Source: Gammaproteobacteria bacterium
GTDB taxonomy: Bacteria; Pseudomonadota; Gammaproteobacteria; GCA-001735895
Reading direction: 5' to 3'
Length of the DNA stretch: 57,026 nt
Assembly: GCA_050298595.1 (NCBI GenBank)
Contig: JBNKUM010000001.1
Coordinates: 1-57,026, forward strand
Shown here: positions 1-9,912 of the stretch, one piece after another
Layout: every line of letters starts with the position of its first letter
Position numbering within the stretch: the first letter of the stretch is position 1
Notes under the pieces: generated by a model
The model's input: the letters and a program-made list of their open reading frames with translations, nothing else
Told to the model about the DNA's origin: nothing
Databases searched by the model: none
Program-made: the position numbers and the translations under genes

Positions 1-678
1 GTGATGATTAAGCAGGTTTCAGAGGTTAGTCAGATCAAAAAAAACTTGCAATTAAGGTCTGCAACCCAGTTTGCAATATTCAAGATTCTTAGCGATGACT
101 GGAAGAATAAAAAATTCGAACAAAATCTTAACAGTCAGAAAATTAATATCGAAGTTTTTAATGAAAGTGGCTTTGTATCTCTCTACGATCTGAGCAGCGA
201 GTCACTAAAAAACGTACTGGAAACTAGTAGTATAGATACTTCCAGTCTGGATGAATTAAATCATCAGATAGATGAAAATAATTTAAGATTTAATGATTTT
301 ATGGAATTGACCCAATTTGAAGGAATATCAGAGAAAGATGTTCTTCAGCTTATTCCATTAGTCAGTATTTATCATCAGGAAGGTGTAAATCCGAATCAAT
401 CTCCGGCTGAAGTATTATTCATGCTAAAGGGTGTAGATTCCTACCGGGTGAATAAATTAATTGAAAGTACAGATGTTGAAGAAAAGGCTGTACTGAGGCG
501 TGAAATAGTAGAAATTCTCAGATCCGGCGACCAGTCCTTATCTGAAACTATGAATGACTATTATCGTGTCCATATTTCACTTGATGGTCGGTTATATCGA
601 GTATTTTTAAAGCAAAAACGTCGTAGTGATAAGTTTCTGGTGGTGAATACGATCAATCCGATTGAAAAGCTAAATTAA
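1..678 (+). CDS. gspK: Type II secretion minor pseudopilin GspK-like protein (probably 5'-truncated by the window edge)
   Basis: Carries GspK-like segments (NESGFVSL; FNDFMELTQFEGI; LIPLVSIY..GVNPNQSPAEVL) and lies upstream of gspL/M/D-like genes. No N-terminal prepilin helix is visible within the window. Confidence 0.7.
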   Translation: MMIKQVSEVSQIKKNLQLRSATQFAIFKILSDDWKNKKFEQNLNSQKINIEVFNESGFVSLYDLSSESLKNVLETSSIDTSSLDELNHQIDENNLRFNDFMELTQFEGISEKDVLQLIPLVSIYHQEGVNPNQSPAEVLFMLKGVDSYRVNKLIESTDVEEKAVLRREIVEILRSGDQSLSETMNDYYRVHISLDGRLYRVFLKQKRRSDKFLVVNTINPIEKLN

Positions 679-696
679 GCGAACTGGAAAAAATAT

Positions 697-1140
697 ATGA
701 GCAATAACCTGCCTGGACAAAAAATTAGATGGTTTTTTATCTGTTCTTTATTCCTGTTTTTTACAGGTCTGCATGCTGATGAAGGCCACTTAAAAACGAT
801 TGACCTGGAAAAAGACTGGGGCATTGAGCCGGTGATGCTGCGAATTTCCGCGGGAGGCTACATGATTGAGTTTCGCTACAAGGTGCTTGATGTAGATAAA
901 GCGACAGTTTTATCCGTCAATAAAGAGTTTCCCCATTTATTATCAATGAAAAGCAAAGCGAAATTCGATGTGCCTTATGGTTCCACAGTCGGCTATCTCA
1001 AATCAAATCGTAAATTTCTTAAGTTGAATCGCAACTATATCACTATGTTTGCCAATGAGAATCGTCATATGTTACCCGGTGATCAGGTGAAGATTATGGT
1101 GGGTGATGAAGTGTCACCACCTTTAACCATTGATAAATAG
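697..1140 (+). CDS. Conserved exported hypothetical protein
   Basis: Signal-peptide-like N-terminus (…FTGLHA-DE) and a conserved-looking core WGIEPVMLRISAGGYMIEFRYKVLD. Sits in the same operon-like run as the T2SS genes. Confidence 0.7.
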   Translation: MSNNLPGQKIRWFFICSLFLFFTGLHADEGHLKTIDLEKDWGIEPVMLRISAGGYMIEFRYKVLDVDKATVLSVNKEFPHLLSMKSKAKFDVPYGSTVGYLKSNRKFLKLNRNYITMFANENRHMLPGDQVKIMVGDEVSPPLTIDK

Positions 1141-1154
1141 AACGAGGCAGCTGT

Positions 1155-2999
1155 ATGCGCTTTTTATTCTTATTTCTGATAGTCCTGCTGGGTATGCAGA
1201 ACCTGTCTGCTCAGGTTTTGCTTGAAAAAGTTTCTTCAGATACGGGGCGCTACATTGTTACATTCAAGCAAGCTGCTACAGAAAACCAGCTAAGGGGAAA
1301 GGCGCCTTCAGAGCAACATCAGGTAATGGCTGAATTACGTCAGCAGATGACGTTATACATCGAGAACATCAAATCTGATCTGGCAGATACCGATTTAGAA
1401 GTAGTTCGTGAATTATGGTTACGTCAGGCTGCCGCAATTCATCTATCAGCAGAATACCTGCCGCGCATAAAATCATTGCCTTATGTACTGGACGTTAGTA
1501 CTGATCGAAAATTTCAGCTTAAACCGCAAAGTGCGTTGCCGTTATCTGGTGTAGAGGTGGGTGATGATATTGCCCGCATCGATATAGATACCTTGTGGAG
1601 TGAAGGTTTCCGAGGGCAGGGTGTGGTGGTCGCGATACTGGATACCGGTGTGGATTATCTACACAAGGATTTACGTGATCGCTGGCGCGGCGGCAGTAAT
1701 AGCTGGTTTGATCCTTATGGTGAGTTTGCCACCCCTGTTGACACTTATACCGCTGATGGTAAGCCTCATGGAACAGGTGTCACCAGCCTGGTGCTGGGTG
1801 GTAATCTAAATCAAACATCTAAATATCTCGGTGTGGCGCCCTCTGCCAGCTGGATAGCGGCGCGTATAATCGATGGCGGTAACGCAACAGAAAGCGCGAT
1901 CATCAGTGCGCTTGAGTGGGTATTAGATCCTGATGGCAATCCTGCAACGGATGATTATCCGGACATCGTACAGAATTCATGGGGTATGACCGGTACAGAT
2001 TTTTCGGAAGGCTCCTGCAACAATCCTTTCAAGCAGGAGCTGGCAGCAATCGACGCCATGGGTATAGATATTGTGTTTTCCGTGGGTAATACCAGTGCAG
2101 CCAATACACCTTCCAGTTATCTCTCACCATCCTTTGACGAAAACGTCATTTCGGTAGGTGCGCTTAATTCTGCAAGTAATACGGTGTGGGCGAATAGTGC
2201 GCGTGGCCCGGATAACTGTAATACCTCTAAGGTGATCATTCCCTCTCTGATGGCGCCGGGTCAGTTAATACAAATGGCTGATGAAACCTTTGGTGGCCTT
2301 TCTTCAAATCTGGACAATGTGATGTCTTTGAGTGGTACTTCCTTTGCGGCCCCGATGGTATCAGGTGCTCTGGCACTGTTACGTAGTAAATACCAGGCCA
2401 GTAATCACCGGGATTATCGGAAATCCTTATATGATTCTACAATACAGCTTGGAAGCGTAAGTCCAAATGCGGATTACGGCCGTGGCCTGGTGCAGGCGAG
2501 TGCCGCAGCGGCATTACTGGAGTTCGAAACCGGCCAGTTCAACCCTGCGGTGATTCACCAGGCCGAAGAGGTAAATTTTTCAACAGCAAAATACAGCTAT
2601 GCGGAAGATACTACCGATTCGGTTGATATTACGGTGTATCGTTCAGGTGATATCAGCGCTGCGGTTTCAGTGCGCGTAGTCTCCAGCAATGGTACTGCGA
2701 TTGCTGGCAGCGATTATGTGGCGGTTGATGCGACTCTTGATTTTCAGGAGATGGAAAGCCAGAAAACGGTAACGGTTACTCTGCTCAATGATAGCGACGT
2801 CGAAAATACTGAAACATTCGGTCTGGTGTTTACCGCGCCTAATACCATTAATCTGGGTAGCAAGAGCTCAGTCTCGATTGCGATTACCGATGATGATGCC
2901 ACTGCAGAAGAAGAGCTCATTGGTGGGGCGTTCGGATTACTTGAAATCTTACTGTTACTGACACTTTCTGCCGGCAGGTTGGTGACGCGATGGGGATAA
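1155..2999 (+). CDS. S8 (subtilisin-like) serine peptidase with I9-like propeptide, Calx-beta domain and C-terminal GlyGly-CTERM-like anchor
   Basis: Catalytic triad motifs ILDTGVD, HGTGV and SGTSFAAP; signal peptide; Calx-beta motif (GTAIAGSDY…TLDF…E.QKTVTVTLLNDSDVENTETF); C-terminus GGAFGLLEILLLLTLSAGRLVTR. Confidence 0.9.
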   Translation: MRFLFLFLIVLLGMQNLSAQVLLEKVSSDTGRYIVTFKQAATENQLRGKAPSEQHQVMAELRQQMTLYIENIKSDLADTDLEVVRELWLRQAAAIHLSAEYLPRIKSLPYVLDVSTDRKFQLKPQSALPLSGVEVGDDIARIDIDTLWSEGFRGQGVVVAILDTGVDYLHKDLRDRWRGGSNSWFDPYGEFATPVDTYTADGKPHGTGVTSLVLGGNLNQTSKYLGVAPSASWIAARIIDGGNATESAIISALEWVLDPDGNPATDDYPDIVQNSWGMTGTDFSEGSCNNPFKQELAAIDAMGIDIVFSVGNTSAANTPSSYLSPSFDENVISVGALNSASNTVWANSARGPDNCNTSKVIIPSLMAPGQLIQMADETFGGLSSNLDNVMSLSGTSFAAPMVSGALALLRSKYQASNHRDYRKSLYDSTIQLGSVSPNADYGRGLVQASAAAALLEFETGQFNPAVIHQAEEVNFSTAKYSYAEDTTDSVDITVYRSGDISAAVSVRVVSSNGTAIAGSDYVAVDATLDFQEMESQKTVTVTLLNDSDVENTETFGLVFTAPNTINLGSKSSVSIAITDDDATAEEELIGGAFGLLEILLLLTLSAGRLVTRWG

Positions 3000-4522
3000 A
3001 ACCTTTCATCATCGTTCTGCTCTCCTGCTGGCAGGTTGTCGCCCTGGCTTCATCCGTAGAGCAGGGTAAAGTCATCTATATGAAAGGTGTAGATGCTGAC
3101 GGCAGTACCATTCCTTCCGTGTTGAATGACCTCAATTCTGATGTACCTTTGGGGTGTGTTAACTGTCATCGAGAATCCGGTTTTGGCAGCTCTGAGTCAG
3201 GTCAGACCTTTCCCCCGGTAAGCTGGCGTTTTCTGGGTAAGAATCAGCCAGAAGATGATAGCTCGCGTTTTTATCACATTCAGAATAAACGTAAGGCTTA
3301 TACTGCAGACAGCTTTTATCGTTTGATGACCAGCGGCATTAATGCTAACGGTGAGGTGTCTGATGGATTGATGCCTAAATACGCTTTAACAAGACAGCAA
3401 AGTGATGATCTGATTGCCTACCTTAAAACGATTAGTCCTGCCGATGATCCTGGCGTTGATGGGGAAGAGATTCGGATAGCGACTATCGTAGATAAACGGC
3501 TGCCTGCTGCAGAAAGGGCTCAGCATATTGCCTTTTTACAGGGATTGTTCGAGATGAAGAATGGATTAAGCCGGGGAGAATTAAAACGTAAACAATATTC
3601 GCCGGTACAAAAAATTCCGCAATACGAATCGTTCCGCTTCTGGAAGCTGGTGGTTTGGGAATTGTCTGAAAATCCTGCTGACTGGTCACAGGAACTCAAT
3701 CGTTATTATCAACAATCCCCGGTTTTTACCATTATACGTCCCAGAGTAAAAGATGATTACGGTAAAGTAGCCGGTTTTTGTTCTGAGAATAAAATCCCCT
3801 GCTTCTTTCCTTCAGGACAGAATTTGCCAAAAGGCGATTTTTATAACTTTGTGTTTCGCGACAGGGATAAACAGTCAGTTGATTATCTTAATAATAAACG
3901 CAGGGCTCTTCCCGAAAAATTACTGTATATTGATGGCAAGGGTAATATTAAAAAGGTTGCTGATTTGATGCGCGAGATTCCCTTTGTTGCCAACATTGAT
4001 TTTGCTAGTCTGCAGCAGCAGTATGAGCGATTTTGTTCAACTGACTATCGATTGCTGGTCAATACCACAGTGGATCAATTATCAGTGCTGGATCGTTTAA
4101 GCTGTCCTCAGACTCAGCGTCTTCAGTTAACTGTCATGAGTAATGAGTTAACGGATTATCAGCTTATTAGCGATTACCTGCAGCAGAACAGGGACTCGCA
4201 GCTATGCTGGGCAACTGATTATGACAAGGTGTTAAAGCGTAACCTGCGCGCAATCAGGATTAATGCGATGGTGCGTCGATTTAATATCGATAACCCTGAC
4301 TTTGAAGAGTTAGCAAATACTTTGCTCACTTATGGACTGCTCAGCGATTCACTACATAAAATGGCAGGTAATTTTACACGCGTCTATATGATGGAAATTG
4401 TCGAGCATATGCTGAATAGCTTTCTGAATTATACCTACTTTACTTCGATTACCAGTGCACCTTATCAACGGCACATTGTTGGGCCGTTACATGACTATTG
4501 TAGTCCAGGTAAGCAGTCATGA
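2990..4522 (+). CDS. Exported monoheme c-type cytochrome fused to a large C-terminal domain (periplasmic-binding-protein-like)
   Basis: Signal peptide, CVNCH heme motif and a distal LMPKY Met. The ~350-aa C-terminal region begins PGVDGEEIRIATIV. Overlaps both neighbouring genes. Confidence 0.75.
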   Translation: MGIKPFIIVLLSCWQVVALASSVEQGKVIYMKGVDADGSTIPSVLNDLNSDVPLGCVNCHRESGFGSSESGQTFPPVSWRFLGKNQPEDDSSRFYHIQNKRKAYTADSFYRLMTSGINANGEVSDGLMPKYALTRQQSDDLIAYLKTISPADDPGVDGEEIRIATIVDKRLPAAERAQHIAFLQGLFEMKNGLSRGELKRKQYSPVQKIPQYESFRFWKLVVWELSENPADWSQELNRYYQQSPVFTIIRPRVKDDYGKVAGFCSENKIPCFFPSGQNLPKGDFYNFVFRDRDKQSVDYLNNKRRALPEKLLYIDGKGNIKKVADLMREIPFVANIDFASLQQQYERFCSTDYRLLVNTTVDQLSVLDRLSCPQTQRLQLTVMSNELTDYQLISDYLQQNRDSQLCWATDYDKVLKRNLRAIRINAMVRRFNIDNPDFEELANTLLTYGLLSDSLHKMAGNFTRVYMMEIVEHMLNSFLNYTYFTSITSAPYQRHIVGPLHDYCSPGKQS

Positions 4523-6045
4523 ATTTCAATATCGCTCCTGAAGTTAGCAAGTATTTTAACTGGTGGATTGTCACGCTGAAATCCTGTGTACCTGAGCAAC
4601 TGCAAAACCAGTTTAAAAAATATAATAAGGATGTTGAGCTGATTATCAGGCACCAGGGGGACAGTGTGTTTTTACAGGATAATCATGGAGAGATTATTGA
4701 CTCCATTACCATGGATGGAACCGAGCAGGATGCTGGGGTGGATTTTGTACTGGGCGGTGCCGACAGGGAAGAAGCAACGGTTGACGATATTGATGCGACG
4801 CATATTGATCTTTCTGGTCATGCTGAGATTATTCATCACGAGTTTAAGAAAAAAGAAACCGATCTGTCTAATTTTACGTTAGATCAAATTGATCTGACGG
4901 AAAGAGATGAGTCAACCATTGTTTTCAACCGGGATGATAAAACAACACGCTTGATGGAGATGGTTTCCGAAGATGATACGTTGGTCATTCAGGATGAACA
5001 GGGCACTTTACTCAATATTCATTCAGATTTAGAACAGGCACGAGATAACACCATTTTATACTATAGTGATGGTGGCAAAATTAAAGCAATAGATCCTGAA
5101 AAGGATTTGAAACTGGCTTATCAGGATGTCGATGTCAATGTTGGACGGGAGACAGCCTCTCGAGAGAGCCGGGAAGATGCCTGCCTGGAGTTCGAACTGG
5201 CAGGGAGCCTGTTACAAAAAAATCCGAGCAACAAAAAATGCCTGTATCTGATACCTGATGACAAGGTTTTCTCTCTGGTACTGAATTATCCTATAGAAAC
5301 ACTGGAGAATATAGAGAATGTGTTACGTTATGATCTTGAAAAACATATTCCGTTAAACTTTCAGGAGATTCGCTTCTTTTATGCATTAAACGTTTTGTCT
5401 GCGCGCAATAAGGTTGAAGTAGAAGTGATTGTCATCAAATCCAGGGTATATGATCATTTAGTGACGGCTTTTGAATCCGAAACTGAACGTGAGATTATCT
5501 GTACCACGCGACATTTCTATGAACACTACGGAACAAAGATAAATGTTCTGGGGAGTCGTTCAGAGATGAACCCCCGGTCAATGTTGAGCTTGGGTAATAC
5601 GCATACTGCATTGAATGTCGTCTTGCTCGCTGTATTGCTGGTGCTGCCTTATCAAATGAGTTATCAGCAGCTCAATGCGATCCAGCCTAAAACAGGCGAA
5701 GAAATAAAAAAAGCGGGTGAGATTGTTGCTACGGTCAACCAGTTAAATGCAGAAATAGAGTTGGGTAAAAAGTTAAACAGGGAGATTAATAAGGAGCATC
5801 GCGTGGTGGAGTTGTTGGCCAGCTTAAGTGAAAATATAGGCACTGATGCCTGGATTACACGTTTTACCTATAAAAATGGGGAAATTAAGCTTAAAGGTGA
5901 AGCTGTATCTGCAACGGCTGTTTCTGATGATTTGAATGATCTGGGAATATTTGAAAGTATCAAGTTTACCTCTTCAATTATTAAAATCCCCAACACTAAT
6001 AAAGAGACCTTTGAGTTAGCGCTCAAGTTGAAGAGCAATGCATAA
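4519..6045 (+). CDS. gspL: GspL/PilN-like type II secretion protein with an acidic insertion
   Basis: N-terminal FNWW…P motif, cytoplasmic segment LENIENVLRYDLEKHIPL, one TM helix, and a PilN-like C-terminus (WITRFTYKNGEIKLKGEA…FESIKFTS…KETFEL). Confidence 0.7.
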   Translation: MNFNIAPEVSKYFNWWIVTLKSCVPEQLQNQFKKYNKDVELIIRHQGDSVFLQDNHGEIIDSITMDGTEQDAGVDFVLGGADREEATVDDIDATHIDLSGHAEIIHHEFKKKETDLSNFTLDQIDLTERDESTIVFNRDDKTTRLMEMVSEDDTLVIQDEQGTLLNIHSDLEQARDNTILYYSDGGKIKAIDPEKDLKLAYQDVDVNVGRETASRESREDACLEFELAGSLLQKNPSNKKCLYLIPDDKVFSLVLNYPIETLENIENVLRYDLEKHIPLNFQEIRFFYALNVLSARNKVEVEVIVIKSRVYDHLVTAFESETEREIICTTRHFYEHYGTKINVLGSRSEMNPRSMLSLGNTHTALNVVLLAVLLVLPYQMSYQQLNAIQPKTGEEIKKAGEIVATVNQLNAEIELGKKLNREINKEHRVVELLASLSENIGTDAWITRFTYKNGEIKLKGEAVSATAVSDDLNDLGIFESIKFTSSIIKIPNTNKETFELALKLKSNA

Positions 6046-6637
6046 TCTTTTCGGAAGCCAGAACCTGGATAAAATTGTCGCCGTATCGATTCTTGTGTTG
6101 TTACTGTTAGTAAGCTACCTGATGTTTTCAAATATTTATCTGGATGGTCTCAGGGAGCTCGAATCCGAAACTGAGATGCTGCGGAAAAAAACGCAAAAAG
6201 TAGATAGTATCCTGGCAAAAGAAGAATATTATCAGGCTGAAATTCAAAAAATTAAAAGAAAATATAAGCAGTCGAAGAATTTTCTCAATAGCTCTCAACC
6301 CTCTACCGCTTCTTCTGAAATCCAGAATAAACTAAAGAGTATTATTAGTCGTCATACCAGGGCCAAGATCTTAACGGTGAAACCATTTCCAGTCGTTCAA
6401 AATGACGGGTATAGTGAAGTTTCGGTAGAGATTAGAATGAAGTCTGTTAATCATGCAGAGATACATAAGATGTTGTATCTCATTGAGAATGAACTGCCGC
6501 TAATCCTTATTAAGGATATTGATATTGCCAGGACTTCAGTGGCATATAAATCGATTCTGGGACAGAGTAAGGATGCTAGTGACATGAATATGACATTTGT
6601 CGCAAGTAGCTTTTTCAGGGATGCCAGTCACTTATGA
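6038..6637 (+). CDS. gspM: Type II secretion protein GspM-like
   Basis: N-terminal TM helix, coiled coil, and LYLIENELPLILIKDIDI segment; positioned directly after gspL. Confidence 0.7.
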   Translation: MHNLFGSQNLDKIVAVSILVLLLLVSYLMFSNIYLDGLRELESETEMLRKKTQKVDSILAKEEYYQAEIQKIKRKYKQSKNFLNSSQPSTASSEIQNKLKSIISRHTRAKILTVKPFPVVQNDGYSEVSVEIRMKSVNHAEIHKMLYLIENELPLILIKDIDIARTSVAYKSILGQSKDASDMNMTFVASSFFRDASHL

Positions 6638-7089
6638 AATATATAATTTCACTGGTATTAATTATTGCTATCGTGCTGTTATTTTTTATTAACAGCAACA
6701 TTGAATCTGGATCCAAACAGGCCTCTCATGAATTGCAATTTAGTTTTAGCCAGGAGGCGTCAAACGTAAAAAAATTAAAAAACCTGGGTGACTATAATGC
6801 TATTGTGGAGCGCCCCCTGTTTATCGAAGATCGACAGTTTGTCGAAGTGGAAAAAGTTAAGGTAGCGCCGAAAAAACGGCCGGTTATAGATGATTTAAAA
6901 GTAAAGGCGTTAGGGATTGCGCTGACAGGTGACGGCATACTTGCCGTATTAAAAGATTTAAAAAATGGTAATAATTTAAGGCTACGCATAGGTGAAGAAA
7001 TTTACGGATGGCGTCTGGATTCTGTATCAGAATCGAGTTTTACTTTTTCCAAAGCTGGAAAGGAAAAAGTAGTGGCATTTAAAGACTGA
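6634..7089 (+). CDS. Type II secretion accessory protein (GspN/GspC-like)
   Basis: N-terminal TM helix, ERPLF motif, and a LGIAL…AVL…RLRIGEEIYGWRL domain; lies between gspM and gspD. Confidence 0.6.
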   Translation: MKYIISLVLIIAIVLLFFINSNIESGSKQASHELQFSFSQEASNVKKLKNLGDYNAIVERPLFIEDRQFVEVEKVKVAPKKRPVIDDLKVKALGIALTGDGILAVLKDLKNGNNLRLRIGEEIYGWRLDSVSESSFTFSKAGKEKVVAFKD

Positions 7090-7103
7090 TTAGGGGGGTA
7101 ATC

Positions 7104-9194
7104 ATGGGCTTTTTTTATTCAAAAAAACAATTCAATCGAGTGTTGACGCTGGGTTTGGTTTCTCTGATGACTATTGTAACGGGGTGTTCTACGCCTCAGG
7201 GACCGAGTTATCAGGTTGAAGTTAATGCAGCGGGTGTTCCAGAAATTATTTCGTATGACGAAAATGGCGAGCGTATCGTTGATGGTGAAAAATCACAGTC
7301 ACTGAGTGCGGTTTATAAATATGGAGATGGACGAATTGTTAATTCTGCGCCCAAAAGAAATTATAACAAGGACAGTGGAGAGTTCAGTCTGGATTTTGTG
7401 AATATATCTATCGAAGAGTTTATCTCGATTGTATTCACCGAAATGCTGGGTAAAAACTATATCCTCGATAGTACTATTAAGGGCGAGGTTACGGTACAGA
7501 CCAAGGGCAAGGTGAATTCAGAGCACCTGCTGTCGATTGTTGAGAGTGTGCTGGCATCAAAGAATGCTGTGATGGTCTCGAAGGATAATCATTATGAATT
7601 TATACCCCTTTCCAAGGCTAAGAATTATTCACTGAAACCGGAACTGTATAGTGCAAGAAACCTTGAGCCCGGTTATCGCATGGTCATTGTCCCCGTTAAC
7701 TATCTTGATCCGGCTTCCCTGAAGCCGATTCTGGAATCTGTTGCGCCCGGTGTTACCCATTTAAAAATAGATAAGGAGAGAAGGGCAGTAATTGTAACCG
7801 GTACTGCGCAAGAGATTGCTAATGTTGTTGATGCTGTACAGATTTTTGATGTCAGTTGGCTTAAATCAAAATCGGTGGCCCTGCTTCCCGTTGAAAATAC
7901 CCAGGCCTCCGTGGTTAAGGGAGAAATCAGTAAAATTCTGACCAGTCAAAACAAGGGGAATGAAATTATCATCGATACTTTTGAGCGTTTCAATGCCCTG
8001 TTAGTGGTGGCGTCTTCGAGAAAAGAAGTTGAGGCTGTGCAAAACTGGTTGAAGGTGCTTGATGTCGAAGTGCCTACAGCAGATACCCAGTTGTTCGTTT
8101 ATGATGTTCAAAATCGCAAGGCGAGCGAACTGGCTGACATGTTGAATAATATATTTGGTGATGCATCGACACCGCTGCTGTCCTCTTCGCCCACTGCCAG
8201 TAATACTGTGTCAAATCAGGAAGTTGTAGTGAGCAATAGTGGTGCAGCAAAACCTGCGGTCAGTCGAGCCCGACCTTCGATAAGTTCGGATTCATCGTTA
8301 AAAATTGTCTCAGACGAAACCAACAACGCACTGGTTGTGCTGGCTAAAAAGTCTGAATACGACAGTATTAAAAAAGTCATTAAAGAGCTCGATACCTTAC
8401 CTCTTCAGGTGCTAATAGAGGTTTCGATTGTTGAGGTGACCCTGACCGATGAGTTAAGTTACGGCCTGGAGTGGTTTCTAAAACATAATGGAGTGGCTGA
8501 TCAATATAATACTGAAACAACTCTGGATCTGAACGCTGGTTCGGGTATAGGTGCAATTTCCCCCGGTTTCTCGTTTCTGTTGAGCGGTACTGGATCACTG
8601 GTTTCTGCAGTATTCAATACGCTGGCCTCCGAATCCAAGTTGAATGTCATTTCAAGCCCGTCGTTAATGGCACTGGATAATCATACAGCAACCATCCGTG
8701 TGGGTGATCAGCAACCGGTTCAGGTCTCTGCTGGCAAGTCGACAAATAACGATGTTTTGACGCAGTCGATAGAATATAAGAGTACAGGTGTTTTATTATC
8801 AGTGACACCGAGGGTAAATTCGGGTGGATTAGTGACTATGGAGTTGAGTCAGGAAGTTACGGATGTGGGTAGCATTGATGATGCCACCGGACAGCGCAGC
8901 TTCCTGCAACGCAATATCAATAGTACAGTTGCGGTACAAAATGGTAGAACCATAATCCTGGGTGGTCTGATTACAGAAAATGCCAGTAACGGTGAGAGTG
9001 GTATCCCGGGGTTGCATGATGTACCTTATGCAGGTGGGTTATTTGGTAAAACCTCAAATTCTAAAATAAAGAGAGAGCTTATTGTTTTAATTACACCAAA
9101 AGTGATTTTTAATCACCAGGATGCTCTGGATATTACTCAGGAATATGCAGAGAAAATGGAGCTATTAAAATCGTCACTTGATATTAGGCAGTAA
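7104..9194 (+). CDS. gspD: Type II secretion secretin GspD (lipoprotein-type signal)
   Basis: Secretin motifs QVLIEVSIVEV, ATIRVGDQQP, TGVLLSVTPRV, GIPGLHDVPYAGGLF and RELIVLITPKVI; lipobox-like VTGC. Confidence 0.95.
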   Translation: MGFFYSKKQFNRVLTLGLVSLMTIVTGCSTPQGPSYQVEVNAAGVPEIISYDENGERIVDGEKSQSLSAVYKYGDGRIVNSAPKRNYNKDSGEFSLDFVNISIEEFISIVFTEMLGKNYILDSTIKGEVTVQTKGKVNSEHLLSIVESVLASKNAVMVSKDNHYEFIPLSKAKNYSLKPELYSARNLEPGYRMVIVPVNYLDPASLKPILESVAPGVTHLKIDKERRAVIVTGTAQEIANVVDAVQIFDVSWLKSKSVALLPVENTQASVVKGEISKILTSQNKGNEIIIDTFERFNALLVVASSRKEVEAVQNWLKVLDVEVPTADTQLFVYDVQNRKASELADMLNNIFGDASTPLLSSSPTASNTVSNQEVVVSNSGAAKPAVSRARPSISSDSSLKIVSDETNNALVVLAKKSEYDSIKKVIKELDTLPLQVLIEVSIVEVTLTDELSYGLEWFLKHNGVADQYNTETTLDLNAGSGIGAISPGFSFLLSGTGSLVSAVFNTLASESKLNVISSPSLMALDNHTATIRVGDQQPVQVSAGKSTNNDVLTQSIEYKSTGVLLSVTPRVNSGGLVTMELSQEVTDVGSIDDATGQRSFLQRNINSTVAVQNGRTIILGGLITENASNGESGIPGLHDVPYAGGLFGKTSNSKIKRELIVLITPKVIFNHQDALDITQEYAEKMELLKSSLDIRQ

Positions 9195-9213
9195 AGCGCT
9201 TAGTGGCTTTAAT

Positions 9214-9861
9214 ATGAAAATTAAATCGGTTTACATTGCAGATACACAGACAATATTTACTGACTGCCTGGCAGCGAGCCTGGAGTTGACGCAGCAGTTT
9301 GAAGTGATCGGTGTTAGTGGTAGTGGTTCGACGGCGTTTAACGATATTCGCCAGGAAGTCCCTGATCTCGTAATAACTGATCTAAATCTAGGTGCATTGA
9401 GTGGGATTCATCTGATACGTAAAATCAAGGCTAGCGGGCTGCCTTCAAAAATTATCCTGTTATCTTCCGAAATAACACCTCCCGTTATCCATAAAGCGCT
9501 TAGCGCGGGTGTGGATGGCATCATTCTTAAGTATGACCATTATTCTTTGCTGCTTGAAGCCATCAGTGTCATCCACCAGCGTAAATTTCTCAGCCCGGGT
9601 ATATCCGATCCATTAGTGAATAACTTCCTGAGTTTTAATAGTGGGTCGTCTGACCATAGCAAGGTTTCTCCTCTATCAGATAGAGAAGAGCAGGTGGCTA
9701 AATTAATTGGCGATGGTGTCAGTAGTAAAGAGATTGCGAAAGTGCTTTCGATTAGTGAGAAAACAGTAAGCAAGCACCGCAGTAATATTTTTAAGAAGTT
9801 ACAGATTAAAAATACTGCCCAGCTAGTTAAGTATGTTTATGACAATAATCTTGTAGGTTAA
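9214..9861 (+). CDS. NarL/FixJ-family (LuxR HTH) response regulator
   Basis: Receiver domain (PDLVITDL) plus LSDREEQV…SSKEIAKVLSISEKTVSKHRSNIFKKL. Start moved to ATG 9214 to avoid overlapping gspD. Confidence 0.9.
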   Translation: MKIKSVYIADTQTIFTDCLAASLELTQQFEVIGVSGSGSTAFNDIRQEVPDLVITDLNLGALSGIHLIRKIKASGLPSKIILLSSEITPPVIHKALSAGVDGIILKYDHYSLLLEAISVIHQRKFLSPGISDPLVNNFLSFNSGSSDHSKVSPLSDREEQVAKLIGDGVSSKEIAKVLSISEKTVSKHRSNIFKKLQIKNTAQLVKYVYDNNLVG

Positions 9862-9912
9862 GCTTATTGATTTATCCGTCTTTGACTATGCAGTCGTAAT
9901 TTTGAGCAAAAA

